Shown here in pieces: positions 1-10,123 of a stretch of 64,000 bases of DNA (position 1 is its first letter; each line of letters begins with the position of its first letter). The stretch is from positions 480,001-544,000 of the forward strand of contig CAVVHE010000008.1 in assembly GCA_963748015.1 (NCBI GenBank). Reading direction: 5' to 3'. A program made the position numbers and the translations under genes. The notes below the pieces were generated by a model. The model was not told where the DNA came from and did no database searches. It saw only the letters and a list, made by a program, of their open reading frames with translations. The stretch is from Terriglobia bacterium (GTDB taxonomy: Bacteria > Acidobacteriota > Polarisedimenticolia > Polarisedimenticolales > JAIQFR01).

Positions 1-563
1 AGCTTGCCCGGGTTGCCGAACAGCTTGTCGTGGTACTCCCAGAACTTACCCTGCTCGTCCGCCGCCATCGCGGCCATGTGGGCGAGAGGAGCGTCCTTGT
101 GCATGTCGAGCGGGAAGTTCTTCCAAACGACGCGGACCTTGTCACCGTAAGCCTTCCGGACCTGATCGAGGGTCGCACCGACCCTCGCGCAGAAAGGTCA
201 CTGGAAGTCGGAGAATTCGGCGATGACGATCGGCGCGGTCGCCGGTCCCTTCGCGGGCGAACCCTCCGTGCGGATCGGGTAGGCGCGGTTCGGATCCGGC
301 CCGCGCTGGGGCGCCGAGGCGCGCGCGGCGGCGTCCACCTTGGCGGAAAGCTGTCCGACCTGCCCCTCGATCCTGCCGAGGCGGTCGCCCATGTCCTTCC
401 GGCTGTCCCGCGCCTCGCGCAGCGCGTTGCCGTTCAGGAAGATGAGTACTCCGAGGCCGGCGAGCGTCGCGATCCTCACCAGCCAGGGGGAGGTCTCCGA
501 GGACCTCTTGCCGGGGGACGGCGCGGTCTCCCCGGCCTCTCTCTGGCGCTCTCGTTTCGACAT
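1..563 (-). CDS. Membrane-anchored DsbA/thioredoxin-fold oxidoreductase, probable selenoprotein (UPFC motif); 3' end runs off the window
   Basis: The ORF stops at TGA 200-198 in the context EFSDFQ*PFC. The same frame continues ARVGATLDQVRKAYGDKVRVVWKNFPLDMHKDAPLAHMAAMAADEQGKFWEYHDKLFGNP, a typical DsbA-like sequence. There is an N-terminal hydrophobic anchor. Confidence 0.9.
167..187 (-). promoter_or_regulatory. Bacterial SECIS-like hairpin
   Basis: On the coding strand CGAGGGTCG-GTG-CGACCCTCG is a perfect 9-bp stem with a G-starting loop, beginning 10 nt after the in-frame TGA. Confidence 0.75.
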
Positions 564-691
564 GAAGCGTGCTCCTCCCCGTAAAGAACAGATATTAGCA
601 CGGCCCTCCCGACCGACAAGTGCTTGTCCTTGTTGGGGATGTCCGGCTGTGCCACAATCTGCCGGGCGATTCGAGGGGAGGATTCCGGTTG

Positions 692-1832
692 ATGAGTTCC
701 ATGTCCCGCGCTCTGCACGCGACGCTGCTGGCCGTCCTGCTCGGGGCGGTCGAGCCGTCGGTCGCGGCGGGGAACCCCACCGCGAGGGTCTCCGCCGACA
801 CCTCCGGCTCGGCCACGCGCGTCATCGTCACGCTGAGCCAGCCGGTGGCATCGTCGATCACGACGTCGCCGGGGCGGGTCGAGGTCATCTTCGCGGCTCC
901 GGTGGAAGTCACCCCCTCCGATTCCAAGCTCGACGACGCGATCCTCAAGGGTTGGCAGACGCGCGGCGACCGCACGCTCGTGCTGACGATGGGGGCCGTC
1001 TACAAGGGATACGAGAGCTTCGAGCTCAAGAACCCGACGCGCCTCGTGCTCGACCTGCGCGGCGAGCGCCCGTCGAAGGCCGAGCCCGCGCCGTTGCCCG
1101 CGAAGGGCGGCCGCGGCGGTTCCGTCATCGTCGTGGACCCCGGCCACGGCGGCGTCGAGACCGGAGCCACCGGCCCGTCGGGCGCGGTGGAGAAGGACCT
1201 GGCGCTCGCCATCGCGCGGCGTCTCAAGATCGCGCTCGAGCGCGCGACCGGAGCGGCCGTCGTGCTGACGCGCGACGAGGACCGGCAGGTGCCGCTCGAC
1301 GAGCGCGCGGCGATCGCGAACCACAACCGGGCCGAGCTGTTCATCTCGGTGCACTTGAACGCCTCGAAGCGGCGCGGCGCGGTCGGCGCCGAGACGTATT
1401 TCCTGTCCCCCGACGCCACGGACGACGAGGCGCGCACCCTGGCCGCCCTCGAGAACCGCGCGGCGGGGGTTCCCGAGACGCCGTCGGCGGGGCGCCCGGA
1501 AGGGGAGCGTGGCCTCGACCTGATCCTGTGGGACCTCGCGCAGAACCAGTACCTGGCCGAGAGCGGCCGTCTCGCCGAGTCGGTGCAGAGAGAATTGAAC
1601 GCGCTCGCGGGGACGAAGGACCGCGGCGTGCGGCAGGCTCCCTTCAGCGTGCTCATGGGCGCGACGATGCCCGCGATCCTCGTCGAGGTCGGCTTCGTCA
1701 CGAATCCCGAGGAGGAGGCGCGCCTCAAGGACCCGGCGTACCAGGACAAGATCGTCGAGGCGATCGTGCGCGCCGCGCGCGAGTACCTCGACGGGCGCGC
1801 CCGGCTCGACGCGTCCCGGGGCCGCGCGGTGA
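692..1832 (+). CDS. N-acetylmuramoyl-L-alanine amidase (Amidase_3) with N-terminal AMIN-like region; in this assembly it reads in frame into the GerMN region
   Basis: Motifs VDPGHGG, EKDLAL, FISVHLN and ILVEVGF; signal peptide after ATG 692/701. The end is placed at the out-of-frame TGA overlapping GTG 1829. Confidence 0.8.
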
Positions 1833-2524
1833 CCGCGAGGACGCGACGCGTCGCACGCTCCGCCGCGCTCGTGCTGCTGTGCACCCTCGGCTGCCGCGGA
1901 GGGAAGCCCGACCAGCGCGAGGCCGGCGCCGGCGCGCCGCCGCCTCCGGGCGTCCCCGCCGAAGAGGCGCAACGCGCGGCGGGACAGGCGGAGCAGGAGC
2001 CGCTCGGCCGCACCTCGGTCACGCTCTTCTTCCCGTCGGCGACCGGCGACGGGCTCGCGAGCGAGGGGCGGGAGATCTTCGCGACGCCCCTGCCGGAGGA
2101 CCGCGCGAAGCAGATCCTGTCCGACCTGATCTCGGGACCCTTGACCGAGGCGGCACTGCCGGCGCTTCCCCCGGGAACGCGGCTCCGCCAGGTCTACGTT
2201 CTGAAGAACGGGACCGCGTACGCGGACTTCTCCATGGAGCTGCTCGCGGCCGGCGAGGGCGGGGGGAGCACGGACGAAGTCCAGGCCGTGTTCTCGATCG
2301 TGAACTCGGTCGCGATGAACGTGCCCGGGATCGTGCGCGTCGGGATCCTGGTGGAAGGCCGGCCGTGCGAGACGTTGAACGGCCACGTGGACCTGAGGCG
2401 GCCGCTGCGCGCGGACCCGTCGCTGCTCGAGGAGCCGCTCCCGGAGGAGCGGCCGCCCGGCACGGAGCTCCCGCCCGTGGACGCGGCACCCGCGACGCCG
2501 GGGCAGCAGACGGTCCAGGTGTGA
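1829..2524 (+). CDS. GerMN-domain lipoprotein
   Basis: Lipobox-like LLCTLGC; motifs TLFF, LISGP, AYADFS, SIVNSV and ETLNGHVDL; usual position upstream of murI. Confidence 0.75.
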   Translation: MTARTRRVARSAALVLLCTLGCRGGKPDQREAGAGAPPPPGVPAEEAQRAAGQAEQEPLGRTSVTLFFPSATGDGLASEGREIFATPLPEDRAKQILSDLISGPLTEAALPALPPGTRLRQVYVLKNGTAYADFSMELLAAGEGGGSTDEVQAVFSIVNSVAMNVPGIVRVGILVEGRPCETLNGHVDLRRPLRADPSLLEEPLPEERPPGTELPPVDAAPATPGQQTVQV

Positions 2525-2531
2525 GGAGCGC

Positions 2532-3344
2532 ATGAACCGGCGACCGATCGGCGTGTTCGATTCCGGCGTGGGCGGGCTGACCGTCTTCAAGGCGCTCGAG
2601 GCGGCGCTTCCCGCCGAGTGCTTCGTCTACCTCGGCGACACCGCGCGCGTCCCCTACGGCCCGAAGTCGCCCGAGACGGTGAGCCGCTACGGGATCGAGG
2701 CCGCGCGGTTCCTCAAGAAGCACGACGTGAAGCTGCTGGTCGTCGCCTGCAACACGGTGTCGGCCGTGGCGATGGACGAGGTGGCCGAGGAGGCGCGCGT
2801 GCCGGTGATCGGCGTGATCCTGCCGGGGGCCCGCCGCGCGGTGAAGCTGACGAAGCGCGGGCGGATCGGCGTGATCGGCACCCGCGCCACCGTCGCGAGC
2901 GAGGCGTACCCCCGCGCGATCCTCGCGCTGAAGCAAGAGGCCGAGGTGTTCAGCTCGCCGTGCCCGCTGTTCGTGCCGCTCGCGGAGGAGGGGTGGACGG
3001 ACAACGACGTCGCGCGGAGCGTGGCGGCGACCTACCTCGCGTCGCTCAAGGAAGCGGGGGTGGACACGGTGGTGCTCGGTTGCACGCACTACCCGCTCCT
3101 CAAGGGAGTGATCGGCGACGTCATGGGGCCGGACGTCGAGCTGGTGGATTCCGCCGAGGCGGTCGCGGCCGAGGTCAAGGACTGGCTCGCGCGCGAGAGC
3201 GACCTCGCGGCGCCCCACGGCGAGGCGAAGCCCGCCGACAGGTTCTACGTCACCGACTCGCCCGCGCCGTTCGCGTCGGTGGCGGAGCGGTTTCTCGGCC
3301 GTCCCGTCAGCCTGATCGGGCGCGCCCGGGTCGCGGGGGAATGA
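2532..3344 (+). CDS. murI: Glutamate racemase
   Basis: [14 protein letters not shown] and LGCTHYP catalytic motifs. Confidence 0.97.
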   Translation: MNRRPIGVFDSGVGGLTVFKALEAALPAECFVYLGDTARVPYGPKSPETVSRYGIEAARFLKKHDVKLLVVACNTVSAVAMDEVAEEARVPVIGVILPGARRAVKLTKRGRIGVIGTRATVASEAYPRAILALKQEAEVFSSPCPLFVPLAEEGWTDNDVARSVAATYLASLKEAGVDTVVLGCTHYPLLKGVIGDVMGPDVELVDSAEAVAAEVKDWLARESDLAAPHGEAKPADRFYVTDSPAPFASVAERFLGRPVSLIGRARVAGE

Positions 3345-3345
3345 G

Positions 3346-4092
3346 ATGGGAAGGCACGACGGGCGGAAATCGGACGAGCTTAGGTGCGTGACGATCGAGC
3401 CGGGGTACCTGCGGTTCCCCGACGGTTCGGTCCTGATCGGCGTCGGCGACACGCGGGTCGTGTGCGCGGCGACGCTCGAGGACAAGGTCCCGCCGTTTCT
3501 CAAGGACACGAAGCAGGGCTGGGTCACCGGGGAGTACGCGATGCTCCCCGCGGCGACCCAGACGAGGTCCCAGCGCGAGATCACCCGCGGGAGGCCGTCG
3601 GGCCGGACCATGGAGATCCAGCGGCTGATCGGCCGGGCGCTCCGGAGCGTCGTGGACCGCACGGCGCTGGGCGAGCGCACGATCTGGATCGACTGCGACG
3701 TGATCCAGGCCGACGGCGGCACGCGGACCGCGGGGATCACCGGCGGGTTCGTCGCCATGTGCCTCGCCCTCGACAAGCTGCGGGAGAAGAAGATCCTGAC
3801 GCGCCCGGTGCTGACGGGGACGATCGCCGCGATCTCGGTGGGGATCGTCGAGGGGCAGCCGGCGCTGGACCTCGACTACGTCGAGGACTCGGCGGCCGAG
3901 GTGGACATGAACGTGGTCCGGACCGACGACGGCAGGTACGTCGAGATCCAGGGGACCGCGGAGTCGACACCGTTCCGCCGCGACCGCCTCGGCGAGCTGC
4001 TGACGCTGGCCGACCTCGGGATCGACCAGCTCCAGGCGAAGCAGCGCGAGGTGCTCGGGGACAGGCTCGCGCGCCTTCTGATCCCGCGGTGA
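3346..4092 (+). CDS. rph: Ribonuclease PH
   Basis: [36 protein letters not shown] and EIQGTAE motifs. Confidence 0.97.
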   Translation: MGRHDGRKSDELRCVTIEPGYLRFPDGSVLIGVGDTRVVCAATLEDKVPPFLKDTKQGWVTGEYAMLPAATQTRSQREITRGRPSGRTMEIQRLIGRALRSVVDRTALGERTIWIDCDVIQADGGTRTAGITGGFVAMCLALDKLREKKILTRPVLTGTIAAISVGIVEGQPALDLDYVEDSAAEVDMNVVRTDDGRYVEIQGTAESTPFRRDRLGELLTLADLGIDQLQAKQREVLGDRLARLLIPR

Positions 4093-4691
4093 GCCGCCTC
4101 GTCGTCGCCACGCTGAACCCCGGCAAGCTGCGGGAGTTCGCGGCGGCGCTTGCGGGGAGCGGCATCGAGGTCGCCGGTCTCGACGCGCTCGGCGACCGCG
4201 CGGCGGTGGAGGAGACCGGCGCGACCTTCGAGGAGAACGCGCGGATCAAGGCGGAGGCGTACTCGGCGCGGACCGCGCTGCCGGTCGTCGCCGACGACTC
4301 CGGGCTCGAGGTGGATGCGCTCGGCGGCGAGCCCGGCGTGCGCTCCGCGCGCTACGGCGGCGAGGGGCTCGACGACGCCGGCCGCTGCCGCCTGGTGCTC
4401 GAGCGCCTCCGCGGCGTGCCCGAGGTAGAGCGCACCGCGCGCTTCCGCTGCGTCCTCGCGGTCGCGCGGGCGGGGCGGACGCTCGCCGTCTTCGACGGCG
4501 CGGTCGAGGGACGGATCCTCGACGAGCCCCGCGGCGCCAACGGCTTCGGCTACGACCCGATCTTCTTCCACCCCGGCGCCGCCCGGACCTTCGCCGAGCT
4601 GACCCGCGCGGAGAAGGAGGCCCTCTCCCACCGCGGCGAGGCGATCCGGCGACTGGTCGCCGCGGTCCGGAGCGGCGCGCTGGCGCTGTAG
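4089..4691 (+). CDS. rdgB: dITP/XTP pyrophosphatase (HAM1 family)
   Basis: GTG start overlaps the rph stop (GTGA); motifs [23 protein letters not shown] and SHRG. Confidence 0.95.
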   Translation: MSRLVVATLNPGKLREFAAALAGSGIEVAGLDALGDRAAVEETGATFEENARIKAEAYSARTALPVVADDSGLEVDALGGEPGVRSARYGGEGLDDAGRCRLVLERLRGVPEVERTARFRCVLAVARAGRTLAVFDGAVEGRILDEPRGANGFGYDPIFFHPGAARTFAELTRAEKEALSHRGEAIRRLVAAVRSGALAL

Positions 4692-4731
4692 GCCCGCCCG
4701 CCGCCGCCGAGGCCCTCGCCGCCCCGCCAAG

Positions 4732-4761
4732 TTGACGCCTCCCGGTCCCCGATGGTAAATT
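4732..4761 (+). promoter_or_regulatory. Sigma70-type promoter candidate for tRNA-Asn
   Basis: TTGACG (4732), 18-nt spacer with an extended TG, then TAAATT (4756). Confidence 0.5.
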
Positions 4762-4793
4762 TGCCCGGGCACGCACGGTGCCCCGTCAAGTGT

Positions 4794-4869
<76 letters not shown>

Positions 4870-5151
4870 GATCACCCAGTTACAGACTCCGACCGAGTGG
4901 TTGACAGCCTAGCTCCGAATCTCCGGCACTTTAGCTCCCACATCTGCGAAGCGCTCGACCTCTCCCGAGCGCAAGATAACGTGCGGCAAGTTTCGCACTC
5001 TTTAGGGGCAACCCTCCATCTGGTCTACTTGGAGTCGCCGAAGACCAAGGCCAGGAGTTCATCGCCGCGAGAGAGCTGATTCGACGCGGGCACGAGCGCC
5101 CGCGATCGGCGTGCTGAGCCGGGCTCCGGGTGATTCGCCGAGGAAACGACC

Positions 5152-6127
5152 TTGAGGACCAAGCCGACCAACGACGAAGAAAGGCATCCAGTGGCTGCTG
5201 GATCACGACCAGCCGGCGATCCGGTATCTCGCGCTGACGCGCCTTCTCGACCGGCCCGCGCGCGACCCCGAGGTGCGGTCGGCGCGCAAGGCGATCCCGG
5301 AGCGCGGCTGGGCCGCCGACATCCTCGCCCGGCAGGACAGGGGCGGCTGGTGGGTCGGCGACGGGAGCCTCTACCGCCCGAAGTACCTCGCCACCAACTG
5401 GATGCTGCTGGTCCTCTCCGACCTCGGGTTGACCCGGGCGCACCGGGGAATCCGCGCGGCCTGCGAGCTGTGGCTCGATCGGTTCGCCAAGGAGGACGGC
5501 GGGTTCGCGATGGACGGGTCCAAGGAGAGCCACCTGTGCACCACCGGCAACATGGCGCGCGCGCTGGTGCGCTTCGGATACGGGGACCACCCGAAGGTGA
5601 CGAGCGCTTTCGAGTGGCTGGCAAGGAACCGCGACAAGAAGGGCGGCTGGAGCTGCTTCGGCAGCGGCCGGAACCTCGACTCCTGGGAACCCCTGAGCGC
5701 GTTCGCGGTCTACCCGCGCGCGCGGTGGACCGAGGAGATGAAGGAGGCCGTGGCGCTCGGCTGCGAGTTCTTCCTCGAGCGGGAGCTGCACCTGCAAGGC
5801 GAGGAGTACCCGCCCTGGTATCGCTTCCACTATCCGGTCCACTACTACTACGACGTCCTCGTCGGGCTCGACTTCATGACGGCGCTCGGCCACGGGCGCG
5901 ATCCACGGCTCGAGTTCGCCGTCTCCCTCCTCGAGAAGAAGCGGCGCCGCGACGGCCGCTGGAACCTCGACGCCATCCATCCCGACGTCGAGGGCGGCAT
6001 GGAGCGCTGGTTTCGCCAGCACCCGAAGCAGGTGCCCACGCCGTTCGCGCTCGAAGAGCTCGGCCGGCCGAGCGCGATGATCACCCTCACCGCCCTCTCG
6101 GTCCTGAGGCGATTGCACGAGGCCTAG
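5152..6127 (+). CDS. Prenyltransferase/squalene-cyclase-like alpha-alpha barrel protein; apparent +1 frameshift near 5165-5175
   Basis: QW-like repeats (ARQDRGGWW, KEDGGF, RDKKGGW, RRDGRW) and FHYPVHYYYD. The frame extends upstream of 5273 as KGIQWLLDHDQPAIRY with no start codon, while TTG 5152 with a GAGGA RBS is one base out of frame. Confidence 0.7.
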
Positions 6128-6287
6128 CGATCGGATTCCTCCGGCCGCCTCGCGCCCCGCCCCGATCTTCTTCACCTGCCGACGTAAGTTCCTGTTCCCT
6201 ATCGGGAACGAGTCTTTCCCTTTCTGGGCGCGGATCTCTCGGCCTTTCCGCCGGCCGGCGAAGCGAGGATGTAATGCGTTTGGACGA

Positions 6288-6316
6288 TTGACAGCGCATC
6301 GCGCGACGGGTACCTA
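6288..6316 (+). promoter_or_regulatory. Sigma70-type promoter candidate
   Basis: TTGACA-N17-TACCTA; the -35 is perfect and the -10 is imperfect. Confidence 0.45.
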
Positions 6317-6551
6317 CAGAGCAGCAAGAGCGTACCTCGCGGTGGGCGTTCGAGGTCGCCAGGCGCTTCGGGTCCCTGGCATTCCAGGGCTCAACAAAAC
6401 CAACGCGAAGAGCGCCCGCCGCGATCTTCCAAGGTGGGAAGGAGGTGAGCAGGTTGCACGGGACAAGGAGGGGGAGGAGCCGACGGTATGGGTGATTCAG
6501 AGCGGCGCGGCGAGACGCGACCGCGGCTCCCGCGCAGGCAGGGAGGGTGCC

Positions 6552-7781
6552 ATGAAAAGAGGACACGTGCGCATCGAGCGCTGGATCGCGGTGGGGATCG
6601 TGCTCGCGCTGACCGTTCTCACGGTGGGAGCATCGTTCGCCGCCGTTCCGCAGGGCGAGAAGCGCCGCCCCGTCGCGGTCCTGCAGGGCGCGGACGAGCC
6701 GATCACGCCGCCAATCCAAGCACCTCTCCCGCGGAAGGTCGAGAGCGACCTCGCGCAAGGGGTGTTCCACTTCCCGCTGCACAACGGGAACGAGTGGATC
6801 TACGAGAAGCGCGATCTGGCCGGGAACGAGACCAGCTGGAAGGTCGTCGTGACCGAACGCAACCCCGGCGATGGCGCCGGCTTCGTGCTCAACGGCTACT
6901 TCGGCGACGGCCGCGTCGTGGCCTACGGCGAGGGAGGCGAGGTCGCCGAGCTCGCCTCCGGCGGCCCGGACCTCGTCTGGTACAGGCTGGGCACCAGCAA
7001 GGGGACGAGCTGGAAGCTGGGGTTCGTGCAAGAGCCGCTCGGCTGCCTGGACGGCTCCGAGGCGGTCCTTGCCGCCCATGACGAGAGGGTCAACGTCCCG
7101 GCCGGCGAGTTCATCAACGCGATTCGAGTGGACTACAAGTCCCCGTGCGGCGACCTGGGAGGACTCGTCTCCGAGTGGTTCGCCGAGAACGTGGGACTGG
7201 TCATGCGGATCGAGAACACGGCCTGGGGGCCCGTCGTCAGCACGCTCCTGAGCGCCAAGGTGGGTGACCTGGTGCTCCCGGAGCACCCCAGTGCGACGTC
7301 GCTCACCCACGACGCCGAGGTGTACCACGTCACGGGCTCCGGCACGGTGGCGCCCAAACTGCAGGGCGATTTCCGCGTGAACAACCGGACCAGCGACGTC
7401 GAAACGTGGGACTTCATGGGGTGCGTCAGCGCGACTTGGACCTTGGTGGAGGAGAACACCGGGGTGACCGTCCTCGAGGGGCGCGTGGATGACGGAGGGA
7501 ACTGCGGTCCCGCCGAGCCGCCGCCCTCCGGTGACGTCGGGGGCGACGAAGGCGGACCCGTCCCCATCGAAACGCTGCCCGGCGACTGGGGCGGCGGGAT
7601 CATGACGGTCTCGATCCACGGCGAGAGCCTGGTCCTCCCCATCGACCTCGTCCTCGCCTATCCCAACGGGACCCCGTTGCCCGCCGGCCACTACTACCTG
7701 AAAATGACGCTCGACGCGCTCGAGCACCCGAACGGGAGGCCGTCCGCAAGCACGCACATCCAGGTCGTCTCGACTCCGTGA
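6552..7781 (+). CDS. Secreted two-domain hypothetical protein
   Basis: GGAGGG RBS before ATG 6552; signal peptide; FPLHNGNEWIYE, VPAGEF and EWFAENVGLV pattern typical of beta-rich secreted proteins; C-terminal PLPAGHY Ig-like segment. Confidence 0.75.
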   Translation: MKRGHVRIERWIAVGIVLALTVLTVGASFAAVPQGEKRRPVAVLQGADEPITPPIQAPLPRKVESDLAQGVFHFPLHNGNEWIYEKRDLAGNETSWKVVVTERNPGDGAGFVLNGYFGDGRVVAYGEGGEVAELASGGPDLVWYRLGTSKGTSWKLGFVQEPLGCLDGSEAVLAAHDERVNVPAGEFINAIRVDYKSPCGDLGGLVSEWFAENVGLVMRIENTAWGPVVSTLLSAKVGDLVLPEHPSATSLTHDAEVYHVTGSGTVAPKLQGDFRVNNRTSDVETWDFMGCVSATWTLVEENTGVTVLEGRVDDGGNCGPAEPPPSGDVGGDEGGPVPIETLPGDWGGGIMTVSIHGESLVLPIDLVLAYPNGTPLPAGHYYLKMTLDALEHPNGRPSASTHIQVVSTP

Positions 7782-7829
7782 ACCCCGCTCGCGCACCGGG
7801 CGGACACGCCGCCCGGACCGCGGGAACCG

Positions 7830-7860
7830 AAAAGGGGGCCGAAAGGCCCCCTTCGCGTTT
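7830..7860. terminator. Likely bidirectional intrinsic terminator between convergent genes
   Basis: AAGGGGGCC-GAAA-GGCCCCCTT hairpin with A-rich and T-rich flanks. Confidence 0.75.
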
Positions 7861-7869
7861 CATCCGCGC

Positions 7870-8490
7870 TCAGTGAGATTGGGCGAGGAAGGCCAGCACG
7901 GCCTCGAGGCGCCGGTGCAGGCCCAGCTTCTTCAGGATCCTCTGCACGTGCGTCCGCACCGTCACCGGAGAGATGTGGAGGACGGCGGCGATGGAGGCTG
8001 TCTTGAGGCCCCGCGCGAGCAGGTGAAGGACCTCCATCTCCCGCGCGGAGATCCGGGAGGGAAGGACGACGACGTCGTCCCCCCGCGCGGCCTCGCGCGG
8101 GTCTCTCCAGAGGACGTCGGGCGGCCGGGCGGGCAGCAGAAGGTGCAACGCGTCCTGCCTTCCCCCCGGGGGTTGCTCGAGAAGAAACGTGAGCAGCTCG
8201 ACGTCGGTGGGGTGGGGGCCGCGGGTCCGGAGAACGACCCGGTCGAGCGGTCCGAGACGGCCCGTGCGCGCCTGGTGACGGATCGGGCAGTCCGGCCCGC
8301 AGAACGGCTCGCCGTCCGGTGTCTCGAAGCGGCCGACCGTCCAGCAGGGCCTTCCCTCCGCCAGGACGGTCGCCGTTCCGAGCAGCCGCGCGGCGGCAGG
8401 ATTGCAGAAGCACACCCTTCCGTCCGCGCTCGAGAGGAGGACGCCGTGGGAAGACCCCTTCAGGGCCTCGACGGGAACGACACCACGCAT
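7870..8490 (-). CDS. PAS + LuxR-type HTH transcriptional regulator
   Basis: ISAREMEVLHLLARG...TVRTHVQRILKKLG; the N-terminal PAS has PCW and FCGPDCP cysteines. Confidence 0.9.
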   Translation of the reverse strand: MRGVVPVEALKGSSHGVLLSSADGRVCFCNPAAARLLGTATVLAEGRPCWTVGRFETPDGEPFCGPDCPIRHQARTGRLGPLDRVVLRTRGPHPTDVELLTFLLEQPPGGRQDALHLLLPARPPDVLWRDPREAARGDDVVVLPSRISAREMEVLHLLARGLKTASIAAVLHISPVTVRTHVQRILKKLGLHRRLEAVLAFLAQSH

Positions 8491-8663
8491 CGCCCGGGAC
8501 CTGTGCTTTCTACTGATTGAGATACGATTCGCCGAGGCCGGCGGAAGCGTTTTCTGGGGTGCAGCGGGGAGGTCGCGCCTCCCGCGGGGCGCGGCTCATC
8601 GAGGACAGGAGAGCTTGCCTCCTCGAAACTCGAAGTCTCTCCGCAAGGTCCTTGGAAGGCCGG

Positions 8664-9461
8664 CTATCCCCGTCCCATCGCGGAGCCGATCGACGCGACG
8701 GCTCCCGCCAGCGCGTTCGTGAGCACCCCAACCTCGGAATTGAAGCTGACGAGTCTCATTCCCTTGCCCGCCCATTGGGATGCGAGCGCCAAATCGTTCA
8801 TGTGAATCGCGGGGTACACCCCGTGACGGCCGCACGCCTCGATGACGGAGCCGATGGCGGATACGAGGAGAGGATCGGTCAGCTTGCCGGCGATCCCCAG
8901 CGCGACCGAGAGATCCGTCGGCCCGACGAGCGCGACGTCCACTCCCTCGATGCCCAGGATCTCGTCCACCCGCTCGAGAGCCTCCTTCGTCTCGATCTGG
9001 ACGACCAGCATCGACTCCTCGTTCGCGTCCCTCATGGCGTCGACGACCGATCCCGATTTCAGGTCGGTGTGACCGCGCCCGACCACGCTTCCTCTCCGTC
9101 CGATCGGCGGGTACTTCATCATCCGGAGGATCTCCTCCACTTGCCGCGGCTCCGTCACCCGGGGGGCCATGATGGCCTGCGCGCCCCCGTCGAGAGGCTG
9201 CACGACGTGGGCATAGGACCACTCGGGGACCCGGACGATCGGCGTGACGCCGAGGTGCCTCGCCGCGCGAGCGAGATCGCAGACGGTCTCGATGTTGAAC
9301 GTGCCGTGCTCGTTGTCGACGATGACGAAGTCGAGGCCGGCGTTCGACATCACCTGCATCACCGACGCCTGCCGGATCTCGGCGATCATCGTGCCGATCG
9401 CCGACTTCCCTTCGTGGAGGATCTTCTTGAGTCGATTCGACGGGATGATCGATGGCGTCAT
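8664..9461 (-). CDS. HpcH/HpaI aldolase family protein
   Basis: DNEHG, YPPIGRRG, QIET and VGPTDLS motifs. Confidence 0.92.
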   Translation of the reverse strand: MTPSIIPSNRLKKILHEGKSAIGTMIAEIRQASVMQVMSNAGLDFVIVDNEHGTFNIETVCDLARAARHLGVTPIVRVPEWSYAHVVQPLDGGAQAIMAPRVTEPRQVEEILRMMKYPPIGRRGSVVGRGHTDLKSGSVVDAMRDANEESMLVVQIETKEALERVDEILGIEGVDVALVGPTDLSVALGIAGKLTDPLLVSAIGSVIEACGRHGVYPAIHMNDLALASQWAGKGMRLVSFNSEVGVLTNALAGAVASIGSAMGRG

Positions 9462-9606
9462 GATCGGCTTCCTCCCCGAGAGAGACCCTGCTCGGTCCCA
9501 CCGGCCCCCGATTCTACCCGCACGGGGGAAGCGTCCGCCGATCGCTTCGTCCTCCTCCCCGGGAAGCGTAGAATCCGGGAAGGGAAACGGGACTCAGGAG
9601 GATGCC

Positions 9607-10050
9607 ATGAACAGACGCGACTTCGTCGGACAGGCCGGCTGCGGGCTGGCCGCGCTCCTGGCCGCGACGGGCCTCCCCGCCGCAGAACAGAAGGCCGCAG
9701 AGCAGCTCACCAGCCCCGAAAAACCGGTCGTCGTTCCGCCCCGGAAGCGCTACCGGATCGATCTCGAGATCTTCGAAGCCCGTCCGGACACCTGGTGCCA
9801 CAAGAAAGGGGATACCTTCCGCTATCCGGAAGAATGGGGAAAGGTCTGTCCCTGGCTTCGAGGCAGTCTCAACGATTTCATCCGGATTCTCGAGACCGGC
9901 GGGACGCTTTCCTGGAGATACGAAGGGACGCCCTACGCGAAGGTCATCGACCCCGACGGCGTGACGACCGAATACGTGCGCTGCCCGGACCCGACCTCGA
10001 ACTTGGTGGTCAAGATCATTCGGACGAAGACCGAGCCGCCCTCGAGATGA
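9607..10050 (+). CDS. TIGR04076-like small Cys protein with twin-arginine signal
   Basis: MNRRDFVGQ Tat motif; CHKKGDTF, VCPW and RCPDP pattern; CAGGAGG RBS. Confidence 0.7.
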   Translation: MNRRDFVGQAGCGLAALLAATGLPAAEQKAAEQLTSPEKPVVVPPRKRYRIDLEIFEARPDTWCHKKGDTFRYPEEWGKVCPWLRGSLNDFIRILETGGTLSWRYEGTPYAKVIDPDGVTTEYVRCPDPTSNLVVKIIRTKTEPPSR

Positions 10051-10123
10051 GCCTCGAGAAGTCTCGGCGAGGCGCGCGCAAGACGCGCGCGGCGATCATG
10101 CACGACACTGGAAGGGGCTTACC

